64,000 nt of DNA from Bdellovibrionota bacterium FG-1 (GTDB lineage Bacteria; Bdellovibrionota; UBA1018). The notes under the pieces were generated by a model. It had not been told where the DNA came from and made no database searches. It was given only the letters and a program-made list of their open reading frames with translations. The position numbers and the translations under genes are program-made. Within the stretch, counting starts at the first letter, position 1. Every line of letters starts with the position of its first letter. Location of the stretch: the NCBI GenBank assembly GCA_051382295.1, contig JBBCAW010000003.1:63351-127350 (forward strand), given 5' to 3'. Below, in pieces: positions 38,801-47,792 of this stretch.

Positions 38801-39908
38801 CAAACTTTGAATCCAGTGCCATGGCCACATGGAAAAGATCCTCCACAGAGTGAACATCCCGGGCAAGTTCAGGCAGTTTAGCGCAAAGGGGGATGGGTCT
38901 CTGAGCGAGTGCCTCGATCACGCGATGTTCGCGCTCCTGAATCGCGCGAATGACTTCAAGGGCTGGCTCTGTGGAGGCGGATGAGTCAGACGGTTGCGGC
39001 GGGCCCAAATAGCTCAAGGTGCGATTGACCGCTACTCCATCAAAGTGAAACCCATGGTCATGGATATTTGAAATAAAATGGAGAGCTTCCGGCACTGTAT
39101 CGGGGGCTGGCACAGTGACCATCAGAAACCCCACTTGATCGGATTCTAAGAGCGCCGTGATTCTTTTGAGATTGGCTGTAAAAGCGACACGAACCTCAAA
39201 AAGGGCAGCCGCAAAGTCAAAAAGATGGGTTATGAAGCCAGCGCCAGTGAGTTTTTCGAGGATGCTCAGGGCCTTTTTCATGCCGCCAGCGATGATTTGG
39301 TTGGCGGGCAAAACGAGCCAGCGGACCAGGCCGGCTTCGAAAAACTGGGCTAAAAGCTTGGGCGCTTCTAAAAAGGCCAACGTATTGCGGCTGGGGGGCG
39401 TATCCAAAATAATGCAATCGAAGTTGTTTTGCTGGGAGAGTGAGTAAAGTCGCTCCAGTGCCATGTATTCGTTGGTTCCAGAAAACTCTTTTGCAAAAAT
39501 CTGAAAAATTGGATTTTTCATCACGCGTTCGGCCACCGTAGGGTCGGGTGAAAGCTCGTGAACAAAAGATTCAAACGTCTGCCGGGTATCCGGCACAATT
39601 GCCGCCAGCGAACCGGTAAAGGTTTGTGGTACTTTTTGCCCTTGGGCCTTGGCTTTTTCCCATGCCGCTCGCAACTGGGGCGTGAGATCCATCGGGTGGT
39701 CCCCGAGTGTTTTGATTCCGAGAGAAGTCGCCAGTCGTTTGGCGGGGTCGATCGTGATGACCACTGCCTTTTTACCTAATAAGGCGGCTCGCAAGGCCAT
39801 CGCAGCACTGAGCGTTGTTTTCCCCACTCCTCCGGTGCCACAGGTGATGACGATATGGCGCCTGTTGAGGATTTCGTCGATACTGGCCGAGGGGGAGGCG
39901 TTTTTCAT
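38793..39908 (-). CDS. ArsA/Get3-family ATPase (second of pair)
   Basis: GTGGVGKTT, TIDPAKRLA.SLG, G..EY.ALE.L, LDTPP. Confidence 0.9.
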   Translation of the reverse strand: MKNASPSASIDEILNRRHIVITCGTGGVGKTTLSAAMALRAALLGKKAVVITIDPAKRLATSLGIKTLGDHPMDLTPQLRAAWEKAKAQGQKVPQTFTGSLAAIVPDTRQTFESFVHELSPDPTVAERVMKNPIFQIFAKEFSGTNEYMALERLYSLSQQNNFDCIILDTPPSRNTLAFLEAPKLLAQFFEAGLVRWLVLPANQIIAGGMKKALSILEKLTGAGFITHLFDFAAALFEVRVAFTANLKRITALLESDQVGFLMVTVPAPDTVPEALHFISNIHDHGFHFDGVAVNRTLSYLGPPQPSDSSASTEPALEVIRAIQEREHRVIEALAQRPIPLCAKLPELARDVHSVEDLFHVAMALDSKFDE

Positions 39909-40804
39909 GCGATCCTCTTTTCGCCCATTTGGCGAACGAGCGAATGAATGACCTCGTCTTCATTTTTGAAATCAATAGCGGGTGGAACCCAGCTGAGCTG
40001 GTCGTAAACGATATTTTGTTCGTCCCAGATTCTCAGGTTATGGGTTTCTAGAATGTTGCGTTTGAAGGCATAGTCCAACGCTGAGCTGGCGAGTGGGTTT
40101 TCCCAGGCGTGGGGAAGCGTCAGTGCCTGTTCCCGATTTTGTGATGGGTCGGGCGACATTTGAGGGAATTTACGGTTTACCAAAAACCCGGGTTTATTTT
40201 CCGGAAAAAGAGAATGGAGGTGCTCGCCTAGCTCGAGGGATTCGACGAGTGGCATTTCTTCAGGAAGCGCCACAATGAGGTGCCCGGTGATTTTGGGGTC
40301 TTTAAAAGTCGCCAGCATTTCTTCAGCGTCCCGTTGAATAGGGCCCCCCCCAAACAGCCGCGCAAAATTACTCGTGCTTTGAAACATGGCTATGCCATAC
40401 CCCGTGGAGGGCATGTCCACGACAACGTGATCATAATGGGTTCTTTCATACCAAATCTTGCCTAAGAGCACGAGCTCATGAATTCCAGGTGCGGCCTGGG
40501 CTAGGTAGCGCATGAGCTTATTTCGTAGAAAAATCCGCGTCAGCGTCGGCATGCCGATTTTGAGCGCGGCATATTCTTCGAAGGCGGCAGTGGGATCACA
40601 GTTCAGGAACCAAAGATTGGGCGAAAGGGGATGAATTCCGCCGTAGGGGCGAGTCGGATCCTCAATGGTAACCCAAAGAGTACGTTGACCCTGGTTGGCG
40701 TGACAGCGAGCAATGGCCTGGGAAACGACGGTTTTTCCTACGCCCCCCTTTCCTCCAACGAAGAGTAAATTTCGGCTTATGACCTGAGAGACGGCAGGAT
40801 TCAC
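39905..40804 (-). CDS. ArsA/Get3-family ATPase (first of pair)
   Basis: GKGGVGKT, APG..EL..LGK, D.P.TG, LPEEMP..E. Confidence 0.88.
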   Translation of the reverse strand: MNPAVSQVISRNLLFVGGKGGVGKTVVSQAIARCHANQGQRTLWVTIEDPTRPYGGIHPLSPNLWFLNCDPTAAFEEYAALKIGMPTLTRIFLRNKLMRYLAQAAPGIHELVLLGKIWYERTHYDHVVVDMPSTGYGIAMFQSTSNFARLFGGGPIQRDAEEMLATFKDPKITGHLIVALPEEMPLVESLELGEHLHSLFPENKPGFLVNRKFPQMSPDPSQNREQALTLPHAWENPLASSALDYAFKRNILETHNLRIWDEQNIVYDQLSWVPPAIDFKNEDEVIHSLVRQMGEKRIA

Positions 40805-41754
40805 CAGCGGCGTCCTTCCATCGGTGCAGCATGAATCCACTCGACCGTGAGGGGGCTGTCCTGAAGGCGCGCAAGATCATCGGCTGAGAGCGGAGTGTCC
40901 TGATCGAGAACGAGTTTTTTGAGGGTGGTGATCTTAGAAAACTCTGTGAGAGAATCGGCCGAGGGAAAATGCTCGCGGCTGTTCCAAGTGACCGGAAGGC
41001 CTGCGAGGCGCGTCCATTCCGCAGGAGAAGGGTCAAAATCTATATCTACTTGAATTTCATCGAGTTTTTTAATGTGACGGAGATAGTCGAGGGTGTCCTC
41101 TGGTGGCATCATTCCTTGTACTCGAAGTTTTTTGGAGTGGGGAGTTTGATTGAGTAAATCCATATGGACATACGAAGGCCAGTAATCCGTGACAAAAAGC
41201 AAAGGGATCGAAGCAGGAATAGCCATAAGCGACGGTTTGTCTAAATAGCGAGGAAAGCTGCCGGTAGCCAGGGTGAGAGAGACTTTGGCTCTGAGCTTGC
41301 CCAGTAAAGCCGCCTGCTCCGGCCCTGGGAGCGCCTGAACTACAAAAGTAGCGCGGGTCAATCCGGCTTGATTCAGTCGTTTTATTTCGTCCCAGGTTGG
41401 AAGTCCTGCCAAGTATCCGACGAGTCCTACGCCCTGAGCACTGAGCTTCTTCCAGACGGGCAGAGAGTCTTCTCCTGGGAAGCGATTGATTTCGATTTCA
41501 ATCCGATCCGCGCCCTGAAGCGAGCGAATGGGTTCCAGGTCGGAGGACGAGGGATCTTCGATCCGAAAAAGATAGCTGCGTTTTCCTGGAAACGAGGACC
41601 ACAGCGAGATTTGAGTCGCCGTGGGGGCGTCGGTGATCAGAAAGGTTTCATGCGGTGTTTTGGCTTGGACTTGGGATCCGGGGTTAAATGCGCAAAGCCA
41701 GAACAGACCCATAGCCAAAGCCAAGACTTTTATGGAGATATTTTTGAGGCTCAT
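40801..41754 (-). CDS. Exported hypothetical protein (possibly solenoid/LRR-like)
   Basis: Signal peptide; recurring L..L..L.. segments; overlaps the next start (GTGA). Confidence 0.65.
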   Translation of the reverse strand: MSLKNISIKVLALAMGLFWLCAFNPGSQVQAKTPHETFLITDAPTATQISLWSSFPGKRSYLFRIEDPSSSDLEPIRSLQGADRIEIEINRFPGEDSLPVWKKLSAQGVGLVGYLAGLPTWDEIKRLNQAGLTRATFVVQALPGPEQAALLGKLRAKVSLTLATGSFPRYLDKPSLMAIPASIPLLFVTDYWPSYVHMDLLNQTPHSKKLRVQGMMPPEDTLDYLRHIKKLDEIQVDIDFDPSPAEWTRLAGLPVTWNSREHFPSADSLTEFSKITTLKKLVLDQDTPLSADDLARLQDSPLTVEWIHAAPMEGRRW

Positions 41755-41867
41755 GCGCAGAAGAAGACCACAATGCCGTCTGGCTTTCAATGACATCCCT
41801 CTTTAGCCCTTGCATTTGGACGCCGTGTTCTTAAAAATGGGAGAAATTTCACAAGAGGGATAATGCA

Positions 41868-42485
41868 ATGAGTCTTAGTCGCGGATCTCTGATGGGTTTG
41901 GGTGCCGTTTCGGTTCTTTTAACGATTGTGGCTTCGGGATGTGGGGGGCCCAAGGCTTTTACTAAGGGCGAGTACGACGACCCCACCCGGGTGGAGTTGT
42001 TAGACGATAAATTCAATGAAGCTGACATGCAGCAAATGGCCGACACGGTCATCAAAGCGATGGTGGCTTGCCAATATGTGGCGAATGCTCCCAAGCCACC
42101 CGTGGTGATTGTGCAAAAGGTTCAAAATCGGACTGAGGAACATATTGATACGGTATCCATGACCGACAAGATTCGGACTTCGCTGATCAAGAGTGGAAAA
42201 GTGCGTTTTGTGAACAAAGAGGAACGCGGCACGCTGGACGAGGAGTATGAATACAACGCGGGTGGGGCGGTTGCAGGACCTTCGCAGAAGAAAAAAGGTA
42301 GCCAAATTGGCGCGGATTACATTTTGAGCGGCGCCATTGCCACCAATGTGCAGGAAGTCGGCAATGATAAATTTATTTATTACAAATTGACGATGAATCT
42401 CACCAGCATGGAAACCTCGACGATCGATTGTACCGAAGAGCGCGAGGTTCGTAAAAAATACCGTAAACGTTCGATCGGCCTCTGA
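41868..42485 (+). CDS. lpoB: Penicillin-binding protein activator LpoB-like lipoprotein
   Basis: Lipobox ASGC, NRTEEHIDT..TDKI..SL..SGK.RFV, GADY.L.G. Confidence 0.8.
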   Translation: MSLSRGSLMGLGAVSVLLTIVASGCGGPKAFTKGEYDDPTRVELLDDKFNEADMQQMADTVIKAMVACQYVANAPKPPVVIVQKVQNRTEEHIDTVSMTDKIRTSLIKSGKVRFVNKEERGTLDEEYEYNAGGAVAGPSQKKKGSQIGADYILSGAIATNVQEVGNDKFIYYKLTMNLTSMETSTIDCTEEREVRKKYRKRSIGL

Positions 42486-43763
42486 TTGAGATCAGCCGCG
42501 AGGCGTAGGGCTTTTCTTGTTTTGATCGCTGTGAGCGTTTTGATCACGCTAGGCGGTTGTGTGTCCGCGCGGATGTCGGATAAGGAGTCGACGCAGTTTT
42601 TTCGCCATGAGCAGTACGACCAAGCGGCTCAACATCTCAAAAAGGGGCTGGCTGACCAGGGCGAGAACAGTCGGGACGAACTCCTTTACCTCATGGATAT
42701 TGGCCTCAGTCTGCACGCGGCCGGACAATATGAGGAAAGTAATAAGGTCTTTTTGAAGGCCGATCGAATAGCGGAAATTAAGGATTATACCAGTCTTGCT
42801 ACGGAGGCCACCACGCTGCTGACGAGCGAGAACATCAAAGATTACAAGGGTGAGGATTTTGAGAAGGTTTTAATCAACACCTATCTCAGTATGAACTACG
42901 CCTTGATGGGCGATTGGGAAAACGCCTTGGTTGAAGCCCGTCGCGTGAATCACAAGCTATATATGATGGTCACGCAAGGTGAGCGTAAGTATAAGCAAAA
43001 CGCCTTTGCCCGCTATTTGTCAGCGGTGATTTATGAGGCGGAAGCCAACTGGAACGACGCTTATATTGATTACAAGGAGACTCGAAAACTGGAGCCAGGG
43101 TTTCCGGGCCTGGGGCGGGATCTCTGGCGTTGCGCTAAAATGATCGGCATGGAAGATGAAATGGAAAGGTGGGATCACGAATTCAATCTTTCTGAGGAAG
43201 ACCACAAGCAAGCCAGGTTGCGGGTTCCGAAGGCTGGAAAGGCCGAGATTATTGTCCTTTATGAAAATGGGATTTCCCCCGAAAAAAGGCCACATCCCAA
43301 TTTTTATTCGATTCCTAAGTTTTTTCCCCGCTACAATCCTGTGCGTGCGGCCAGGGTTTCGGTGGACTCGTTGGTGCCGGGACATCACTATGAAGCGGAT
43401 ACCGTGGTCCTTCATGACATTGAGGCGACGGCGATCGAAAATCTGGATGAAAAATATGGCGGCATTATCGCCAAGAAAATCGCGGGAGTAGTGGCCAAGG
43501 AAGTCGTGGCCGATCAAATTGGGAGACGCACCAACGCCATTGTGGGGGCGGTGGCTAAGATTTTTTTCTATGTGAGCGACCAGGCTGACGTACGGTCATG
43601 GAACTTGCTCCCTCGGGATCTTCAACTGACCCGTATTTTGGTGGATCCCGGGACCTATGTGGTGCGTGTTCACCCTATCGGTGCGGCGGGGGGGCTAAAA
43701 GAAAAAACAGTTCAGGTCGGAGCCGGTAAAAAAGTTTTTGTGAATTTTCGCTATATCCCCTGA
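42486..43763 (+). CDS. COG3014-like TPR lipoprotein
   Basis: Lipobox LGGC, Y.GED.E....N.Y...NY, ALVE.RR, AD.RSW..LP. Confidence 0.8.
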   Translation: MRSAARRRAFLVLIAVSVLITLGGCVSARMSDKESTQFFRHEQYDQAAQHLKKGLADQGENSRDELLYLMDIGLSLHAAGQYEESNKVFLKADRIAEIKDYTSLATEATTLLTSENIKDYKGEDFEKVLINTYLSMNYALMGDWENALVEARRVNHKLYMMVTQGERKYKQNAFARYLSAVIYEAEANWNDAYIDYKETRKLEPGFPGLGRDLWRCAKMIGMEDEMERWDHEFNLSEEDHKQARLRVPKAGKAEIIVLYENGISPEKRPHPNFYSIPKFFPRYNPVRAARVSVDSLVPGHHYEADTVVLHDIEATAIENLDEKYGGIIAKKIAGVVAKEVVADQIGRRTNAIVGAVAKIFFYVSDQADVRSWNLLPRDLQLTRILVDPGTYVVRVHPIGAAGGLKEKTVQVGAGKKVFVNFRYIP

Positions 43764-43765
43764 GT

Positions 43766-43865
43766 AGGGGCTCCCAGTAAAAGGGTCGGGGTCGTCCATC
43801 CCTAGACTCCGCGCGAAAAGCGCATCCTGCGCGCGCGGATCCCCTCGCTTTTACTGGGAGCCCCT
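43766..43865 (-). repeat. Structured dispersed element, copy 3
   Basis: Closing stem AGGGGCTCCCAGTAAAAG/CTTTTACTGGGAGCCCCT (G-C to A-T compensatory change versus copy 1); GTAG at its 5' foot. Confidence 0.9.
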
Positions 43866-43998
43866 GTGTGGGAGCTGGAACCAAAACTTGCCTCGCAAGC
43901 CCGCCCCGGCCATAAAAAGCGCACGAAGCGGCCCATCCCTTTAAATCGAAGGTGACGCACTATTGCCGCAAGGGCTCCTTCGCCGCAGGCGGGCACAA

Positions 43999-44097
43999 GG
44001 AATTCTGCGGCGAGGTGAGGGGCGTCCGCGTCGCATGGATGCGACAAGAGCGGCCGAGGCCTGGATGGCCGTCCCCGACAGCCTCGCCGAGAATTCC
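43999..44097 (+). repeat. Structured dispersed element, copy 4 (diverged, inverted orientation)
   Basis: GTGAGGGG.GTCCGC-GTCGCATGGATGCGAC-..GCGG..GGCCTGGATGGCC.TCCCCGAC aligns with the reverse complement of the core; it has its own closing stem GGAATTCT.CGGCGAGG/CCTCGCCGAGAATTCC. Confidence 0.75.
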
Positions 44098-44146
44098 TAC
44101 GCTGTTCTCTAGACATCGAAGGCGAGAGGACGTAATATTCCGCACC

Positions 44147-45211
44147 ATGCTGAACCGGTTTTTTGTTTCCATGGTCATGATCACGGGCGTTTGTCTGGTT
44201 TCGCTTTCGGCTTGCACAAAAAAGTCATCCTCGGGTGACTGGGCCGCGAAAGTGGTTAATCTTGCGATTTGGTCGAACTATGTTTCGCCCGAATTGATCA
44301 AAGATTTTGAGAAGAAAACGGGAATCAAAGTTCAGGTGGCCAATTACTCTTCGAACGAAGAGCTGCTTGCCAAACTCCAGGCCGGAGCCTCTGGTTACGA
44401 TGTGGCGGTTCCGTCGGACTACATGATTTTTGCGATGATCAAGTTGGGCTTGATTCGCGAATTGGATCGCACGCAATTGTCGAATTTCAAGGCGCTCGAC
44501 GCTAAATTTTTAAATAAGTCCTTTGATCCGGGCAATAAGTTTTCGGTGCCGTATGATTGGGGCACGACAGGGATTGCGGTCAATCGCACTCTTTATAAGG
44601 GCGAAATCAAGGGTTGGAAAAATCTTTTTACCAATCCAGATCTCGCGGGCAAGTTTTCACTCTTAGATGACGTACGCGAGACGATTGGCGCGGCGATGAA
44701 ACAGCTCGGGTTTAGTTTGAACTCTCGAAATCCCGATGAGCTGCAAAAAGCCAAGGAACTCCTGCTTAAAAACCGAGGTCGGGTTAAATCGTTCACTTCT
44801 GAGCCCATGATGCCGCTCACGAATGGCGAAACGGCGGTGGCGCATGCCTATCTGAGTGATGCCCTTCAGGCGCGCCGGGCGACGGGGGGTAAGATCGAAT
44901 ACATTATCCCTGAAGAGGGCTGCACGCTTTGGATTGATAATCTGGTCATTCCGACTGGGGCTCAGCATTTAGCCGAGGCGCATGCCTTTATCGATTTTTT
45001 GCTCGAAGCTAAGAGTAATGTCAGTACGGTCATGTCGGTTTTAGTGGCACCGGCTAACAAAGAAGCTTTTGCTTTGTTGTCCAAGGATTTGCAGACCAAC
45101 CCGGTACTTTTCCCTTCAGAGAAAGCGTTGGCGAAGTGTGAGATGATTCAAGATTTGGGCGATACCCTGACGCTTTGGGATCGGGCCTGGACCGAGGTTA
45201 AGGCGCAGTAG
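44147..45211 (+). CDS. potD: Spermidine/putrescine ABC substrate-binding lipoprotein
   Basis: Lipobox LSAC, W..Y.....I..FEK.TGIKV, SNEEL.AKL, YDV.VPSDY, PY.WGTTGI, P.EG...W.DN. Confidence 0.9.
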   Translation: MLNRFFVSMVMITGVCLVSLSACTKKSSSGDWAAKVVNLAIWSNYVSPELIKDFEKKTGIKVQVANYSSNEELLAKLQAGASGYDVAVPSDYMIFAMIKLGLIRELDRTQLSNFKALDAKFLNKSFDPGNKFSVPYDWGTTGIAVNRTLYKGEIKGWKNLFTNPDLAGKFSLLDDVRETIGAAMKQLGFSLNSRNPDELQKAKELLLKNRGRVKSFTSEPMMPLTNGETAVAHAYLSDALQARRATGGKIEYIIPEEGCTLWIDNLVIPTGAQHLAEAHAFIDFLLEAKSNVSTVMSVLVAPANKEAFALLSKDLQTNPVLFPSEKALAKCEMIQDLGDTLTLWDRAWTEVKAQ

Positions 45212-45378
45212 GGTTGAATTTTGTCAGAACCGGTTTTGAGCCTTTTCAGGGTCTTTGGCACCGCGCTGGGAGGGGGGCTTTAGGACGTATTCTGGGGCGT
45301 ATTAATCCAGAATCCGAGCACTCTTACCGAAATCCGAACGGCTAACGGCCCAGAATCCTCGTAATATCGAGGTAAGGT

Positions 45379-45394
45379 CGGCACTAGATTTGCT
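45379..45394 (+). promoter_or_regulatory. Sigma54 -24/-12 promoter of small-peptide locus 1
   Basis: CGGCAC-TAGAT-TTGCT (GG-N10-GC); the same spacing is conserved at locus 2. Confidence 0.7.
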
Positions 45395-45470
45395 TTTGTG
45401 GTCCCTGCCAAACCGCGCAGAGTGGACGGAAACACCTCCTTTCCTTCGTGAAAAAGAAAGGAGGCATCCT

Positions 45471-45611
45471 ATGAAAAGTAATAGAAAGCTCTATTATGCT
45501 CATCGGATCCGACTTGAAAAACTCAAATTTAAATCTTGGTGTCTTTATGTCCTCGCCAAGCTCTTGGTTTTTCTAGTCAAAACGGTAGCCGACTACCTAG
45601 GACAAATCTGA
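45471..45611 (+). CDS. 46-aa cationic/hydrophobic peptide, candidate type I toxin (locus 1)
   Basis: GAAAGGAGG SD paired with upstream CCTCCTTTC; MKSNRKLYYAHRIRLEKLKFKSWCLYVLAKLLVFLVKTVADYLGQI; paralog at 63632-63763. Confidence 0.75.
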   Translation: MKSNRKLYYAHRIRLEKLKFKSWCLYVLAKLLVFLVKTVADYLGQI

Positions 45612-45756
45612 GGTGCCCCGGGTGCAGCATTTAACCGGAGATCTCAGGATGAGAATTCTGTGCGGTTTGGTTTTGAAAACCCACCGCCGTTGCGATAGTG
45701 GATCCGGCGCAATAAGCGCAAGGGTTTGGTCGGGGTTTGAGCTTCCGAAAGCTGAT

Positions 45757-46512
45757 TCAGCCCTTTCTTCTCAATTTCACACTATTGATCTTGATCCCGT
45801 CCTTAATAAATAGCCCCTCAAACAGCGTGATTTCCGGGATTTTAAGCGTGCGGGGCGCGGGATGGGCGGCATGAAGGTCGCGCGTGTGTTCGAACGGTTC
45901 CCATAACTCCGAGACCTCGGAGATGGCTTGCTCCATCCATTCAAAATAGCCCAGGTGGTCCGTCTTGATGTGGAAAACCCCGCCAGGGCGTACGATTTTG
46001 GCAACTTGGCGCAGGCGCTCCGCAGTGAACCAACGGTTTTTGAGTTGAGATTTTTTTTGCCAAGGATCGGGAAAGTAAAGGGCGAGAAAGTCGATTTCGT
46101 CGGGACCAAACATGTATTGAATGCGGTCCGCGTGGGCTCGTAAAAAAATAAGATTACCCAGCCCGCGTTTGAGGCCTTTTTCGGCCGCTCGAAAAATGGG
46201 TTTAAATTTCCAGTCGATTCCCAAGAAGGCCGTATCGGGGTTCTGGGTCGCCCATTCGACCACCACGTGGCCCGCGTTACAGCCAATTTCGACATGGAGG
46301 GGGCGGCGGGGGGCTGCTGAGCCGATGGGAGCGGCATCCGCAAATTGCGCGCGCCAGCGGCCCTGAAATTCCTCTGTTTCGTTATCCGAAAAGACTTTGC
46401 CGCGTAAGGAGATGACTTTGGCGGAATAGGGATTTCGGGAGACGCCATAGTGAAAATCAGGATGTTCGAGCGGAACGCGGTTGGCGTTATTATTTTCGGC
46501 TGGTGTTTTCAT
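45757..46512 (-). CDS. trmB: tRNA (guanine-N7)-methyltransferase
   Basis: VEIGC..G, FLGID, YFPDPW.KK, G.F..KTD...YF, T.FE. Confidence 0.9.
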   Translation of the reverse strand: MKTPAENNNANRVPLEHPDFHYGVSRNPYSAKVISLRGKVFSDNETEEFQGRWRAQFADAAPIGSAAPRRPLHVEIGCNAGHVVVEWATQNPDTAFLGIDWKFKPIFRAAEKGLKRGLGNLIFLRAHADRIQYMFGPDEIDFLALYFPDPWQKKSQLKNRWFTAERLRQVAKIVRPGGVFHIKTDHLGYFEWMEQAISEVSELWEPFEHTRDLHAAHPAPRTLKIPEITLFEGLFIKDGIKINSVKLRRKG

Positions 46513-46537
46513 CTCGACGCGTTGAGTAACCGGTCGG

Positions 46538-46588
46538 AAAAAAAAAGACAAGCGGGAATCCCATTCATAGGATCTCCCGCCTGCTTTT
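46538..46588 (-). terminator. Rho-independent terminator of the flagellin gene
   Basis: Minus strand GCAGGCGGGAGATCC-TATGAAT-GGGATTCCCGCTTGTC followed by a T run. Confidence 0.8.
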
Positions 46589-46631
46589 GCGTATCACGGT
46601 CTTACCGACTCATGAATTTGATCTTTTATTT

Positions 46632-47465
46632 TTAGCCGAGCAGTTTGAGGGCAAGTTGAGGGTTTGCGTTCGCTTGACTCAAGACCGAAATATTGGCTTG
46701 GGTCAAGATGTTCTGCTTCGTCAGCTCCGAGGTTTCCTCGGCCATATCTGTGTCACGGATACGGCTATTGGCGCCTTCTAAGTTTTCGCGATAGATGCTC
46801 ATATTGTTGATTGCCGACGAAAGTCGGTTTTGAAGGGCGCCGAGCCCTGATCGGTTTTCACTCAACTTGACAATCGCTTGGTCCAGCATATTGAGGTTTT
46901 GCTGGGCGGTCTCTTTAGTGAGGGTTGAGACACCCTCGAGGTTCATTGCCCCGAGCGTCGTGTTGCGAGCGGGGGAGTCATAGATAAATCGATCCAGTGT
47001 TGGATTGTTATTGATCCCGATCTGAATATCTAGAGGCTCCGCAGTGCCATTCAACAGTTTGGTACCGTTGAATTCGGTCGAATTTGAAATTCGATTGATT
47101 TCTTCTTTGAGACTTTGAACTTCTTTATTGATAAACCCGCGTTCTGTGTCGCTGATCGTATCAGAGGCGCCTTGGATCGACAGCTCGCGCATACGAATTA
47201 AGACGTTGCCGATCTCGTTCATCCCACCTTCTGCTGTTTGCACGAGTGAGATGCCATCGTTGGCGTTACGGGTGGCCTGTTTCATCGAGCGGATGTTGGC
47301 CTTTAACTTTTCGCTGATGGCCAAGCCGGCGGCGTCGTCGCCTGCGCGGTTGATGCGACTACCCGAGGCTAATCTTTCGAGAGCCTTGTTTTGGGCATCA
47401 TGGTTGGCATTTAAGAATCGTTGTCCGGCTAAAGACTGGATATTTGTAGCGATACGCAGAGCCAT
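46632..47465 (-). CDS. fliC: Flagellin (short, 277 aa)
   Basis: RI.TN, LERL.SG.RINRA.DDAAGLAISE, R..LGA.QNRL, SRIRD.D.A.E, L.QAN..PQ..L.LL. Confidence 0.97.
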   Translation of the reverse strand: MALRIATNIQSLAGQRFLNANHDAQNKALERLASGSRINRAGDDAAGLAISEKLKANIRSMKQATRNANDGISLVQTAEGGMNEIGNVLIRMRELSIQGASDTISDTERGFINKEVQSLKEEINRISNSTEFNGTKLLNGTAEPLDIQIGINNNPTLDRFIYDSPARNTTLGAMNLEGVSTLTKETAQQNLNMLDQAIVKLSENRSGLGALQNRLSSAINNMSIYRENLEGANSRIRDTDMAEETSELTKQNILTQANISVLSQANANPQLALKLLG

Positions 47466-47550
47466 AATTCAATCTCCTTATTTTGTCTTCATGACCTCCT
47501 CCGTGAAACTGTTTTGCGGTCTTGCAATCCCTGCCTGACCTACAACACTC

Positions 47551-47577
47551 CTATCGGTGCAGATTTTTCCTACTTAA
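47551..47577 (-). promoter_or_regulatory. Sigma28 promoter of flagellin
   Basis: TTAAG-N14-ACCGATAG. Confidence 0.75.
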
Positions 47578-47792
47578 GGAAAAAAGCTAAAAATATCGGG
47601 TACTTATACATGACTGAAATGGTTTGGTAAAAAACAGACTAATTTCGTTTATTAAAATAAAACAATAATTTCAATCACATGACGTTTTTGATGAAGCTGG
47701 TTTCAGTTAAGAAAAAAGTAGAAATACAAGTAAACCGACGTCCAGTTTTTTTATTTTTTACGGTTTAGGCAGAATGTGCCGATGCGTTTATT

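Noticed and set aside
43952..44146. N-terminal extension of PotD
   Set aside because: It is read through the repeat element; the lipoprotein signal begins at ATG 44147
45390..45470. Longer 73-aa version of the peptide (TTG start)
   Set aside because: The TTG lies inside the sigma54 -12 box; the strong SD and the paralog support ATG 45471
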